Source: an uncultured delta proteobacterium
GTDB taxonomy: Bacteria > Desulfobacterota > Binatia > Binatales > Binataceae
Assembly (NCBI GenBank): GCA_963765675.1
Contig: CAVXXK010000007.1
Coordinates: 1-64,000, forward strand
DNA length: 64,000 nt
Direction of reading: 5' to 3'
In this document: positions 48,650 through 59,405 of the stretch, piece by piece
Layout: each line of letters starts with the position of its first letter
Position numbering within the stretch: the stretch's first letter is position 1
The notes under the pieces: model-generated
What the model saw: only the letters and a program-made list of their open reading frames with translations
Told to the model about the DNA's origin: nothing
Databases searched by the model: none
Made by a program: the position numbers and the translations under genes

Positions 48650-48752
48650 GCGGTACCGACACAGCGTCAGTATCGACGCCACGTTTTCTCGGTTGCCTGC
48701 CGGATGGCGCTGCTTTATTGTGGATGCTCGCGCACGTTTCGTGCGCGTTCAG

Positions 48753-50111
48753 ATGTCGTTTCCCAGGCAAGTTACCCGCGCAGACCAGAAGCTCGGCGCT
48801 ATCTTAACCCAGATGGCGCGGCTCAAACTGCGCCTCAATTCGCTCGCGATTCAGCACGTCGCGTTTCGCGTGCTGGCGGCTCTGGTGATCGCGGGCGCGC
48901 TGATCTTTGTGGCAGCAAACTGGTTTTCGCCGCTGATATTTTTAAGCGCCAGCGCCGTGATTTCGATTGCCGCCATCGCCGCGATCATACGGGCGGTTCG
49001 AGGCGGACTGGCGATGCGCGCAAGCGCGGTGGGCGCCGCGCAAATCGCCGACCAGCGCGCCAATCTGAAAGGCCGCCTCGCCACGATCGTCGAAATAGCC
49101 GCGCGTCCCAACCGGGGAGCGCTGTGGCCGTACGTGGTCGAGGACGCGCTTGCGTATCGCGAGGAATTTGCCGCCAGGCGAATCGAACGCCGCAGGATTG
49201 AACGATCGGTATGGATTCTCGGCGCCGCGATGATCGTGGCGGCGATAATGCTTCCGCTTGCCCGCACGCGTCATCCGTCGATCCTGGCGGAGGCCGAGCT
49301 GCCGGCCGACCTGACGATAGATCTGGATGACCTTCATCTGCGTCCCGCCGAGCCGGGCGACAGCTCCGGGCTCGAGTTGCAGGCCGATTCCTCGACGATG
49401 AGCAGGCTTCAGGCCAAGCTCGCGCAAGAGGGCATGAGTCCAAGCGCGGCGGATGGCCATGCGCAGGGCGGTATCGTGAACAGCGCGCGCAGTCTTGCCG
49501 AGAGGGTTCAGAGCAAGCTGCGCGGGGAACAGCCGGAGCACAAGCATCGGCTGACTCTCAAGCTCGCCGACGCGGGCGGCGATCAGGCGAGTAATCCGCG
49601 CGGTGACGACTCCGCGCTTCACGGGCAGCATCGCCAGAGTGAGGCCGCGGGCCAGTTCAAGCGCGAGCATCCGTTCGGCGACGAAGATATTCCGCTGCCG
49701 AAGGTGGACGAAACCCACGGTCCGCAGGAGCAGCATATTCCCGGCGGAGGCGCCGATCTCCAGACTCCCGGTTTGACCAATCCCGAGAACTCGCCCGATT
49801 CTGATTCGGTGCCTGACACATCCGATCAGCGCGGAAATCTCGGCAGCAGCGGAGGTCCGTCGCATGGAATCGGCGCGGATCCGGACAGTCTGTTCGGTGC
49901 GGCTACGAAGTCCCCGATGAGCACCGAGGGCTTCGAGATCTCGATCGAGGCGCGCGCGATGGCGCATGGCGCAAAGGGCTCGGGCCAGGCTTATCTGCCA
50001 CCCAAAGTCCGTACGCCGCTAAGCTCCGACCAGCAGGCCGATGAGCCGATCGCACGCGCGGCGGTGCCGGCCGAAGATAGAACCACAATCGAGCGGGTGT
50101 TTGAACGATGA
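48753..50111 (+). CDS. Membrane protein with a low-complexity C-terminal region, first gene of the MoxR operon
   Basis: Three TM segments, ADQRANLKGRLAT, terminal VPAEDRTTIERVF; stop overlaps the moxR start. Confidence 0.75.
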   Translation: MSFPRQVTRADQKLGAILTQMARLKLRLNSLAIQHVAFRVLAALVIAGALIFVAANWFSPLIFLSASAVISIAAIAAIIRAVRGGLAMRASAVGAAQIADQRANLKGRLATIVEIAARPNRGALWPYVVEDALAYREEFAARRIERRRIERSVWILGAAMIVAAIMLPLARTRHPSILAEAELPADLTIDLDDLHLRPAEPGDSSGLELQADSSTMSRLQAKLAQEGMSPSAADGHAQGGIVNSARSLAERVQSKLRGEQPEHKHRLTLKLADAGGDQASNPRGDDSALHGQHRQSEAAGQFKREHPFGDEDIPLPKVDETHGPQEQHIPGGGADLQTPGLTNPENSPDSDSVPDTSDQRGNLGSSGGPSHGIGADPDSLFGAATKSPMSTEGFEISIEARAMAHGAKGSGQAYLPPKVRTPLSSDQQADEPIARAAVPAEDRTTIERVFER

Positions 50112-51151
50112 GCGAGCTGGCAGCCGTCGAAACTCCGACCGTCGCGGATTTCGCGCGCACCTTCCGGCGCGTGCAGGCGGAGATTCACAAGGTCATTATC
50201 GGGCACGAGCAGGCGGTCGAAGAGCTGCTCTCGGCGTTGTTCGCGGGCGGACACGTGCTGATCGAGGGCGTACCCGGAACCGGCAAAACCACGCTGGTCA
50301 AGACGCTCGGCCTGGCGCTCGATCTGAGCTTCAACCGGATTCAGTTCACGGTCGATCTGATGCCGGCCGATATCACCGGCACGCGGGTGATCCTTTCAGG
50401 CGAGGACGGGCGGCGCGAATTCACGTTTCAGCCGGGCCCGGTGTTCTGCCATATCCTGCTCGGTGACGAAATAAATCGCGCGACGCCGAAAACGCAATCG
50501 GCGCTGCTCGAAGCGATGGCGGAGCTGCAGGTCACGGTCTCCGGTATCACCTATCCGCTGGCGCCGCCGTACTTCGTGATGGCGACGCTCAATCCGATCG
50601 AGATGGAAGGCACTTATCCGCTGCCCGAGGCGCAGCTCGACCGGTTCCTGTTCAAGGTGCGGCTCGACTATCCGGACGAGGAGCAGTTGGTGCGGATAAT
50701 CTCCTCGACCACCGGACCGGAAGAGGCCGGAGTCGCACCGGTGTTTTCCGGCGCCGAGGCCTCGAGCCGGATCGAGGCGCTCAAGAAGCTGGTGCGCGAG
50801 GTGATCGCGGCGCCGGCGATGGATCAGTACGCGGCGCGAATCGTGCGCGCGACCCAGCCTGAGCATTCGCGCTATATCGGCGAATCGCCGCGCTCGATGC
50901 ATGACGAGATGGTGAATCGCTACGTGATGTTCGGCTCGAGTCCACGCGGCGCGCAGGCGCTGATCATGGGCGCCAAGGTGCGCGCGCTGCTCGACGGACG
51001 CGCCAACGTCGCGCGCGAAGATATCGAAGCGGTGGCGGTTCCCGCGCTGGCGCATCGCATCATGCTCAACTACGCCGCGCATTCCGACGCGGTCGCGGCC
51101 GAGCAGATTGTCGAGCGCGTGATCAAATCCGCCAGCGCAGCCCGCAGTTGA
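50108..51151 (+). CDS. moxR: MoxR-family AAA+ ATPase
   Basis: EGVPGTGKT, RIQFTVDLMPAD, DEINR, EGTYPLPEAQLDRF, SPRG. Confidence 0.95.
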   Translation: MSELAAVETPTVADFARTFRRVQAEIHKVIIGHEQAVEELLSALFAGGHVLIEGVPGTGKTTLVKTLGLALDLSFNRIQFTVDLMPADITGTRVILSGEDGRREFTFQPGPVFCHILLGDEINRATPKTQSALLEAMAELQVTVSGITYPLAPPYFVMATLNPIEMEGTYPLPEAQLDRFLFKVRLDYPDEEQLVRIISSTTGPEEAGVAPVFSGAEASSRIEALKKLVREVIAAPAMDQYAARIVRATQPEHSRYIGESPRSMHDEMVNRYVMFGSSPRGAQALIMGAKVRALLDGRANVAREDIEAVAVPALAHRIMLNYAAHSDAVAAEQIVERVIKSASAARS

Positions 51152-51161
51152 GGTTTCACTG

Positions 51162-52067
51162 ATGCTCGAAGCGCGCGCATTCGAGCCCGAGTTCCTGAAG
51201 AAGCTTGACCGGCTGGCGCTGGGAATCAAGCGCGCCCGCACGGTCCGAGCGGGCACCCGCACGCTCGGGCGCGTGCAGGGACTTGGCATCGAGCCGGAAA
51301 ATTTCCGCGAGTACGCCGCGGGCGACGACCTGCGCTTTCTCGACTGGAACGCGTACGCGCGGCTCGATCAGCTTTCGATTCGCACCTTTCGCGCCGACCG
51401 CCAGGTCGAGCTGACGATCCTGATCGACGCAAGCGCCTCGATGGGGTTTCCGGCGCGCGACGACAAGCTCGGACTCGCGCTCGCGCTGGGCGCGGCCCTG
51501 GCCTACGTCGGGATGAGCGAAAACGATCCGGTGCGGATGGCGGCTTTCGCGATGCGCGGCGGCGAGATGCGCCTGGACGCGACAGGGTTTTATCGCCGGC
51601 GCGAATCCTACCTCGAGTTCAAGCCGTTCGTCGCCGCGGTCAAATGCGGCGGCGAGACGCGAATCGGCGCCGCGGTCGACGACTTGCTGCATCATCGCAG
51701 GCCCGCCGGAATCGTAATCGTGATTTCCGATTTCCTGGTTAACCAGTCCGACTATGAAGACGGGCTCGCACGCCTGGTGCTCGCGCGCCACGAAGTCAAA
51801 GCCGTGCACGTGATGGGCGAGATCGAATCGACCGGCGAATATCCGCCCGGCCTGGTTCGTGTGCGCGATGCCGAAACCGGGGAGACGCGCGAGACCGTCT
51901 TCGGTCCCGAGACGGCCGCGGCATGCCGGCGGAAGGTCGAAGGCATCTCGGCGCGGGTGCGCGATTTCTGCGCCGGACGCGGGATCACCTACACGAGGGC
52001 ATTCGGCGCGGCGAGCCTGGAAACATTTTTCGAGCACGAACTCGCGGCGCTGGGCGTGGTCAGGTAG
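51162..52067 (+). CDS. DUF58 domain protein
   Basis: REYAAGDDLRFLDW, IDASASM, VISDF. Confidence 0.9.
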   Translation: MLEARAFEPEFLKKLDRLALGIKRARTVRAGTRTLGRVQGLGIEPENFREYAAGDDLRFLDWNAYARLDQLSIRTFRADRQVELTILIDASASMGFPARDDKLGLALALGAALAYVGMSENDPVRMAAFAMRGGEMRLDATGFYRRRESYLEFKPFVAAVKCGGETRIGAAVDDLLHHRRPAGIVIVISDFLVNQSDYEDGLARLVLARHEVKAVHVMGEIESTGEYPPGLVRVRDAETGETRETVFGPETAAACRRKVEGISARVRDFCAGRGITYTRAFGAASLETFFEHELAALGVVR

Positions 52068-52069
52068 CC

Positions 52070-53951
52070 ATGGGATTTCTGGTTCCCGCAAATCTTCTCT
52101 GGGCGCTCGCACTGGCGAGTGCTGGTGCTGATCTACCTGCGCTCGCGCTCGCGTCCGACGCTCGAAGTGTCGAGCCTGATGCTGTTCGACGACGCGCCCG
52201 CGCCGGTCGCGAGCGTGCGCCACGTGCGGCTCGATCCCTTGTTCTGGCTCGAAGTCGCGGGACTCACCGCGCTGGTGCTGGCGATTGCCGGACTGTACGC
52301 GATGGTGCCGGTGCGCGCGAGCCGCGGCCGCAGCCATGCGCTGGTGTTCGATTTGGGCGCCGCGATGAGCGCGCGCGAGGACGGGAGCTCGCGGCTGGAT
52401 CTTGCGCGTCAGGCGGCGTTCAAGATTATCGCCGCCGCTCCGGCGGGCGAAGAGTTCAGCGTGATCACTTACGCGCTCGAAACGCAGGTGCCTGCGCCGC
52501 AGACCGGGAATCTTGCGGTGGTGAAGGCGGCGATCAATTCGCTCGCGCCGCTTGCGGTGGCGGCCAAGGCGGCGGCGCTGAGCGCCGCGATTATTCGCGC
52601 CCGCGGCTCTTCGGAGATCGATCTGTTCACTGATCGCAGTCCGCCTGCCGAGGCGATCGGCGGATCGCTCGGCGAAGCCCAGGTGCGGGTGCATCGCATA
52701 GGCAGGGACGACGGCAACCTCGCGATAGCCGCGCTCGATCCCGGGACGCCTGGGTTTGCCAAGGGCCGCGCGCTGGTCCGGAATTTTTCCGCGGCGCCTC
52801 ACTTGATAGAAATCGCGATCGATCTCGACGGAAAGGAAATCGAGCACGACCCGCTGATGCTCGCGCCGCGCGAGCAGGTGCTGGTCCCGTTCGGTCCGCT
52901 GCCATCGGGGGGAATCGTGCGCGCGCGGATTCTCACCCAGGACGCGATCGCCGCCGACAACCAGCGCTGGGCGATCGCGCGCTCGGACGACGCCGCGCGG
53001 GCGATCGTGCTGTCGCCGGATGCGGGTGTGCGCGGCGACCTGGCGCGGGTGCTGCTCGCAATCAATCCAAATTTCCAGGTTGAGACGATTGACCCGGCGA
53101 AGTTCGCGCCCACGCCCGGCGCGTCCTCGAAGCGGTACGACCTGGCCGTGATGCATGACTCTTATGTGCCGGGAATCGGCGCCGAAGCGACGCTGATGGT
53201 CTATCCGCCATTGTCGTCATCTGCGGGCACAGAATTTCCCGGACTGAAAATCGCGGGGACCGCGCGCTCGGCGGCGATGAGTTCCGAGCGCGGGGCCGAA
53301 GCCGCGGGCGATGCCGGCGCGGCGCTCGGCGCGACGCGCGTGATTCAGCTTCCCGAGTGGATGGACGCGCTCGACTACGCGACGTATGGGGCCGCGGGCG
53401 CGATTATCCCGATCGTCGCGGCGGGCGAGATGCCGAGCGGCAGGGTCGGCGTGATCGCCTTTGATGTGCGCGATCATTTTCTGTTCGATCCCGACCGGCT
53501 CGATGCGCTGATCGCGTTCGTCAACGTGACCCGGCGGCTGACCGCGCCGGTTGGCGTCCAGGTGGTGCCGACGGGTGCCTTCGTTACGCTGGCGGTCTCG
53601 GGCGCGGCGCAAGTCACTGAACCAGACGGCTCCAAGGTCGCGCTCAAGCCCGACAAATGGGGCCGCGTGAAGCTGCGTCCGCTCGAAGCGGGGCGCTACG
53701 TGATCGAGTCCGCGGGCACGCAGACGACCGTGCTGGCGAATTATTACGATGCGGCGGAATCTGATCTGACCGTGCGTGAAGCTGCTTCGGAGCCGGCCGT
53801 GACGGCTGAGCATGCCGAGACCGCGCCGGCAGCACCCAAGCAGGTTCTGCCGCTGGCGTTTATTTTGATTGCGCTCGCGATGGGCGCGTTCGTTCTCGAG
53901 TCGATTCTCCTGGTGCGGCACGCCGCGCGATGGAGGATGACGCATGTTTGA
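52070..53951 (+). CDS. BatA/VWA domain protein; frameshift at ~52118
   Basis: MGFLVPANLLW then VLVLIYLRSR...VSSLMLF in another frame; degenerate MIDAS DLGAAM. Confidence 0.8.
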
Positions 53952-56529
53952 TCGGCCTGCGATGCTGTGGCTCTTCCTGCTCGCTCCGCTGATCGCATAT
54001 CCGGCGATCGTCGTGATTCGCCGTGGGGCGATTGCGGCGGGGGCCGCATCGGCGGCGCTTCGGCTTGGCTGCCTTGCCGTGCTGGTCGCGATGCTCGCGG
54101 GGTTGCGTGTCACCACGACGATTCCGGCCCGCGGGATCGAGGTGGTCGCGCTGCTGGACGAGTCGCGCTCGATCGCGCCCGATCAGTTCGCGTGGATGCG
54201 CTCGCGGGTTGGCGAAGTGGCGCGCGCGATGGAGTCTCGCGATAGGATCGGCGTGATTGGCTTTGGCCGCGACGCGCGGCTGGGCGCGGCGCTTTCGGAC
54301 CCGCGCCTGCTCGGCGATTTTCATATGAAGCCAGATCGCGGAGCCACGGATATTGCCGCCGCGCTCACCGCCGCGCAAAGCCTGTTCTCGGCCGACGCCG
54401 ACAGGAGAATCCTTTTGTTGAGCGACGGCAACCAGACGCGTGGGTCCGCCGCCGCCGAGATTCCCGCGCTGGTCGACGACGAGACGCGGGTCTATACAGC
54501 GGCGCCCCCCGCACCCGCGGTCGCGCGCGTTGCGCTCACGAGCTTTCATGCACCGGAGAATGTGCGGGCTGAGCAGCAATTTAGCTTCGATATCGCGATC
54601 GAAAGCGAATCCGCCGATCCGGTTGACGCCCAGGTGCGCCTGTTGCGTGACGGTGATCCGGTCGGCGGCCAGCACGTGACTTTGCATCAGGGGATGAACC
54701 GATTCGAGCTTCCGTACCGGATGGAACACGCGGGCGCCTACCTGATGAGCGCGGATCTGACCGTGCCGCCGGCGCTCGACGCGATAGGTCCGCGCGCGGA
54801 GACCGCGCTTTCCGTGGCTGGCGCGCCGCGCGTCCTGATCGTGTCGGAAAGCAGGCCCGAGAGCCTGCTCGATGCGCTCCGGGTGCGGAACTACCAGGTC
54901 GAGATGATTGCTCCGCGCGCTCTCTCGGCCAAGGCCGAAGACTATTTGCCCTATCAGCTTGTGATAATTGACGACGCTCCCGCGGTCGCGCTTCCCGGGC
55001 CGGTGCAGCACGCGCTCAACCGCTACGTCGCGGAGCTTGGGGGGGGCCTGGTCGTGACCGGAGAGGCGCTGCGCGACGCCAACTACAAGGGCGGAGATTT
55101 GGAAAAGACCCTGCCGGTCAGCTTCGAGCAGCAGCCGCCGCCGCCGTCGCGCGAGCCGATCGCGGTCTATCTGTGCATCGACCGCTCGAACTCGATGAGC
55201 TACGACTCGCGCTATCCGGCGGTGCGCGACGGCGAGCGAATCCGTTACGCCAAGCAGGCGGCAATCGCGCTGTTGCGCCAGCTCGACGATACCGATTACG
55301 CCGGTGTGATCGCGTTCGATTCGCAGCCCTACGTGCTGGGTCATCTGCAGGCGCTCGGGGAAGATCGCGGCGACCTGGAAGCGCGGATCGAGCGCTTGCA
55401 GCCGGGCGGAGGAACCGACTTCAAGGACGCGCTCGAAATCGCGCAGCGCGAGATTCTGGACAGCGGAATACCGGTGCGCCAGGTAATCCTGCTGACCGAC
55501 GGCGACACCAACCGGCAGTATCACGATCACGACGCGCTGATCGCACAGTTCGCAAAGGATCATATCCCGGTCTCGACCATCAGGATCGGCCCCGACCTCG
55601 AGAACCTGCGCCTGCTGCAGGATTTCGCGCAGGCGACCGGCGGCGTCTTTTATCGCGTGCAGGATATCGAAAAGCTGCCGCTGCTGCTGGTCGGGCTGAC
55701 GCGCCAGGCGATGAACCGGCGCGCGCAGGACCGGACCTCGGTCGAAGAAGGCGCGCCGAGCGCGATCCTTTCGGGAATCGCGGCCAAGGACATCCCGCCG
55801 ATCGATTTCTACGCCTCGACCAAGGCGAAGGACGGCTCGATTGTTGCGCTGAGTGTCAAGCGCGCGGAACAAGGCTCGCCGCTGCTCGCGGCATGGCAAT
55901 ACGGCCTCGGGCGCGCGGCAATCTTCGCGGCCGATCCCGACTCGCTCGCGACGCTTAGCTGGATCAGGTGGAATCACTACGCGCAATTCTGGTCGCAGCT
56001 CGTGGGATGGGCGATGCGCGAGGGTGCGCCCGGGATGTTCGCGATTCGGATGCGCACCGCGCCCGACGGCGCGGTCACGGTCGAAGCTGAAAAGGCCGAC
56101 ACCAGATTCGCGCCCAACCTCGTGTGCCGAATCACGGGCCCCGGCCATGCGCTCGACGTGCCGATGACGCAGACGGCGCCGTCGCTCTATAGCGGCGAGA
56201 TCGGCCCGTTGCCGCGCGGAAAATATGTCGCGACCCTGATGGTGAAGGCGGGCGATATCGAGCAGGCGCTGACCCGGCGCGAGTTCGCTTCGGCCGGCGC
56301 GATTCCCGCCGACGCGGCTGAGCTTCGGCTGCGGCCGCCGGACCTCGATCTGCTGCGGCGGCTTGCACGTGCGACCGGCGGCGAATTCGAGCCGCAGTGG
56401 TCGTCGCTCGGGCGGCATCGCGGACGCACGATCACGATGCGCCAGAACGCCGACTCGATTCTGCTGCCGCTTGCAATCGCGCTCTTTCTGGGCGAGGTTT
56501 TCGTGCGCCGCCGCTTTCTGGGCGACTGA
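53944..56529 (+). CDS. Double-VWA protein with a glutamine-amidotransferase-like domain
   Basis: LDESRS, LLSDG, IDRSNSM, GGGT, LLTDG, AAWQYGLGR. Confidence 0.85.
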   Translation: MFDRPAMLWLFLLAPLIAYPAIVVIRRGAIAAGAASAALRLGCLAVLVAMLAGLRVTTTIPARGIEVVALLDESRSIAPDQFAWMRSRVGEVARAMESRDRIGVIGFGRDARLGAALSDPRLLGDFHMKPDRGATDIAAALTAAQSLFSADADRRILLLSDGNQTRGSAAAEIPALVDDETRVYTAAPPAPAVARVALTSFHAPENVRAEQQFSFDIAIESESADPVDAQVRLLRDGDPVGGQHVTLHQGMNRFELPYRMEHAGAYLMSADLTVPPALDAIGPRAETALSVAGAPRVLIVSESRPESLLDALRVRNYQVEMIAPRALSAKAEDYLPYQLVIIDDAPAVALPGPVQHALNRYVAELGGGLVVTGEALRDANYKGGDLEKTLPVSFEQQPPPPSREPIAVYLCIDRSNSMSYDSRYPAVRDGERIRYAKQAAIALLRQLDDTDYAGVIAFDSQPYVLGHLQALGEDRGDLEARIERLQPGGGTDFKDALEIAQREILDSGIPVRQVILLTDGDTNRQYHDHDALIAQFAKDHIPVSTIRIGPDLENLRLLQDFAQATGGVFYRVQDIEKLPLLLVGLTRQAMNRRAQDRTSVEEGAPSAILSGIAAKDIPPIDFYASTKAKDGSIVALSVKRAEQGSPLLAAWQYGLGRAAIFAADPDSLATLSWIRWNHYAQFWSQLVGWAMREGAPGMFAIRMRTAPDGAVTVEAEKADTRFAPNLVCRITGPGHALDVPMTQTAPSLYSGEIGPLPRGKYVATLMVKAGDIEQALTRREFASAGAIPADAAELRLRPPDLDLLRRLARATGGEFEPQWSSLGRHRGRTITMRQNADSILLPLAIALFLGEVFVRRRFLGD

Positions 56530-56589
56530 GCGACGATCGAGTGCTGAGCGAAAGCGCGCCTAGGAAATCCTAACGGATCTCGTCGCGCC

Positions 56590-56595
56590 TATAAT
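56590..56595 (+). promoter_or_regulatory. Consensus -10 hexamer upstream of the nuclease islet
   Basis: TATAAT 37 bp before the GTG; AGGAGA RBS; no clear -35. Confidence 0.4.
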
Positions 56596-57859
56596 GATTC
56601 GTAGTGCGTGCTCGTAACTTGCAGGAGAAGAAGTGACGCGAAGTGATTTACCATTTGGGAGCGAGTTTTCCCCCTCTCAGATTAGCCTTTCGAAGCTGTT
56701 GGAGCTTGCCGCGGAGCATCAAGGCGATTGGCGGCTTCTTGAGGATTCCATCCGGAACGAATATTTCGAGACCCACCAAACGACCGAACGCAACAGGAGA
56801 AAACTAGCCAACAACTGCAAGCTCGGAATGATTGCGTACGGCTTAATCGATCGGACCGGGATGCTCACGACGTTAGGTCAGACGCTCTACGAACTCCGCG
56901 GAGATCCCGAGCAGCTCTATTCCGAATTCGCGCGCCACATCCTGCTCCACCTCTATGGTTTGACATTGATCCAGAGCGTACGAGACTTGGAGGCTGCTGG
57001 AGAAGCGGTTGATCTTGTGAAACTCCGCAGAGCTCTAGCCGATCTCGGCGTACATTTTCCCTCCGGTGGAAAGCATCCGAGCATCATGCGGCTATGGCTT
57101 GAAAAGGCGCGGGTTTTTTCGAGCGTCTGGAATGTGAACGATGCGCGAGTGAGTGATCTTCTCGGACGCGGGCTTTCAGAAATTGAAGCGCTGGGCAGCC
57201 TCTCAGGGCTGCAGCAATCGTTTTTGAAGGCGGTCGCGAACCTGGGCACGGGCCAGCATTCCTCCAATGACGTCGCGACGCTCGCTGCGTCAACATATGG
57301 CGTGTCCTTCAATGAAAAGAGCCTCGCCAAGGACGTGCTGTATCCGCTTGAGAGTGCAGGATACATCGCTCTGATTCGCGGCACTAAGGGACGTGGTGCA
57401 AAGCCCTTCACAGTCTCTCCGACTCCCAAGCTCGTGAAAAAAGTCCTGGTTCCAATTATAGAGCAGCAGGAACGTCAGACACGGAGGGAGCTACGTCCAT
57501 TGCTGCGTCGTCCTCTGCGTGAAATCCTCGACAGCCTTAAGGCGCGTGATCGACATGTTCGCGGTCTTGGGCTGGAAGCGCTGGCTTTCAAACTGATGCG
57601 TTTAATCGATCTGACCTACGTTGCCACGCGGTTGCGCGGTAACACGACCGGAGGAGCTGAGGTTGACTTGATTTTTGAAAGTGCACGGCTTGTATTCTCA
57701 CGCTGGCAGGTCCTATGCAAAAATACTCGGCGAGTCGCGCTCGACGACGTGGCGAAAGAGGTCGGCCTGACTCATTTCCTGAAGAGCAATGTGGTCGTTA
57801 TCGTGACTGCGGGAGAGATTGGCTCGGAAGCGAGACGATACTCCGATCGAGTAATGAAG

Positions 57860-59186
57860 TGACCTGCTCCCCGAAAACTCGACCAGTGATAAAGAGAGGG
57901 TCGAGGCAGTAGGAGGGCGAGATGCGAAGCAATCGGTACAGCGAAGAACAGATCATCGGGATCCTGAAGGAAGTAAGCGCGGGGCGCAGCGTGCGCGAGG
58001 TGATCCGGGAATACGGGATCGCGGAGGCGACGTTTTACCGGTGGCGGGAGCGCTACGCGGGGCTGGAGGTGCGCGAGGCGCGGCGGATGGGGCAGCTGGA
58101 GCAGGAGAACCGGCGGCTCAAGCAGATGGTGGCGGAGCTGAGTCTGGACAAGGAAGTGCTCAAAGCGGTGATCGCAAAAAACGGCTTGCGCCGGTAGCCC
58201 GGCGCGCCGCGGTAAGCGAAGCGATGCAGCAGTTCTCGATCAGCCAGCGGCGCGCGTGCCGCTTGATCCCGATCGCGCGTTCCAGTGCGCGCTACCAGGC
58301 GCGGGTTGAGCGCGACGACGGCGACTTGGGCCGCAAGCTGGAAGCACTCGCGCAGCGTCATCCGCGCTACGGCTATCGGCGGCTGTGGGCGGAGCTGCGG
58401 AGTGCAGGATACGTGGTCAATCACAAGCGCGTGTATCGGCTCTATCGGCACTCGCATCTGACCCTGCGGCGCAAGGCCGGGCGCCGGCTGACCCATCGGG
58501 GCGCCGCGCTGGCGCAACTGACGCAGCCCAACGAGCAATGGGCGCTGGACTTTGTGCACGACCGGATCGGTGAAGGGCGTGCGATCCGGGTCCTGACCAT
58601 CATCGATGAGTTCACCCGCGAATGCCTGGCCACCGAGGTCGATACCGGCATCAGCGCGCGGCAAGTTGCACGGACCCTGGAACGCATCCTGGAGAGTCGG
58701 CCGGTTCCGCGCTCGCTGCGCTGCGACAATGGCCCCGAGTTCCGCAGCCGCTACTTTCACGCCTGGTGTAAAAGCCATCGCATCGCATTGGAGTACATCG
58801 CGCCGGGACGCCCGACCCAGAATGGCTACATCGAAAGCTTCAACGGCAAGCTGCGCGACGAATGCCTCAACCTCAACTGCTTGCGCAATCTTAACGACGC
58901 GCGCGAACGCAACGGACGCTGGCGCGAGCACTACAACTCGAGCCGTCCGCACTCCGCGCTCGGCTACCTGGCTCCGGAGCACTTCGCGCTAAAGTGGAGC
59001 GCGGCGCTCACGCGCACTGCCGCGCCAGCGGAGCTGGCACTGGCAGTGCAACGCGCAGCGCCGCGGACCAAGAATCTGCATTTTTCCGCCTCGCCCGTTC
59101 AGTCAGTGAAGGGCGAGGTCGAAAAAATGCCTATAACCAACTCCCACCCTCTCATTCCGGGTGGACCACAACTTGGGGGCAGGTCA
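57860..59186 (+). mobile_element. IS3-family insertion sequence (IS407-like), 1327 bp
   Basis: TG...CA ends; IRL TGACCTGCTCCC, IRR GGGGGCAGGTCA; flanks GAAG/GCAG (4-bp duplication with one mismatch); orfA/orfB layout. Confidence 0.93.
57922..58197 (+). CDS. IS3 transposase OrfA
   Basis: RYSEEQIIGILKE, GIAEATFYRW, LEQENRRLK. Confidence 0.92.
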   Translation: MRSNRYSEEQIIGILKEVSAGRSVREVIREYGIAEATFYRWRERYAGLEVREARRMGQLEQENRRLKQMVAELSLDKEVLKAVIAKNGLRR

Positions 59187-59363
59187 GCAGGACTCCGACA
59201 TTCGCATCATAATGATCGATGGATCCGATCTCGAAGCGATTACGGAGCAAGGCGCTCCCATCGCAAGCCTGCTCGACCGAGAAGCCGAGAATACGATGAG
59301 ACTCAAGGCACTTCATCGGTAAGTCCAGCAGCAGGTCAAATGGCAACCCACTCCGTGGCGTAA
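58176..59363 (+). CDS. IS3 transposase OrfB (DDE), reached by -1 frameshift
   Basis: Slippery AAAAAAC at 58176-58182; YGYRR, WALDFVHD, CDNGPEF, QNGYIESFNG. Confidence 0.9.
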   Translation, partial: KKRLAPVARRAAVSEAMQQFSISQRRACRLIPIARSSARYQARVERDDGDLGRKLEALAQRHPRYGYRRLWAELRSAGYVVNHKRVYRLYRHSHLTLRRKAGRRLTHRGAALAQLTQPNEQWALDFVHDRIGEGRAIRVLTIIDEFTRECLATEVDTGISARQVARTLERILESRPVPRSLRCDNGPEFRSRYFHAWCKSHRIALEYIAPGRPTQNGYIESFNGKLRDECLNLNCLRNLNDARERNGRWREHYNSSRPHSALGYLAPEHFALKWSAALTRTAAPAELALAVQRAAPRTKNLHFSASPVQSVKGEVEKMPITNSHPLIPGGPQLGGRSAGLRHSHHNDRWIRSRSDYGARRSHRKPARPRSREYDETQGTSSVSPAAGQMATHSVA

Positions 59364-59405
59364 AGCCGGCGATAGCGAGATATAGCAGACCCATGACCCA
59401 TCGAA

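Larger units (their letters stand above)
56633..59322 (+). pseudogene. Restriction endonuclease-like protein with a C-terminal Mrr-like PD-(D/E)xK domain, interrupted by IS3
   Basis: RGLGLEAL...GGAEVDLI...WQVLCKN; the frame resumes after the IS as DSDIRIIMIDGSDLEAI...DREAENTMRLKALHR* (59191-59322). Confidence 0.8.

Noticed and set aside
51156-56418. Long minus-strand ORFs (666, 299 and 852 aa)
   Set aside because: Arg-rich antisense shadows of high-GC genes.
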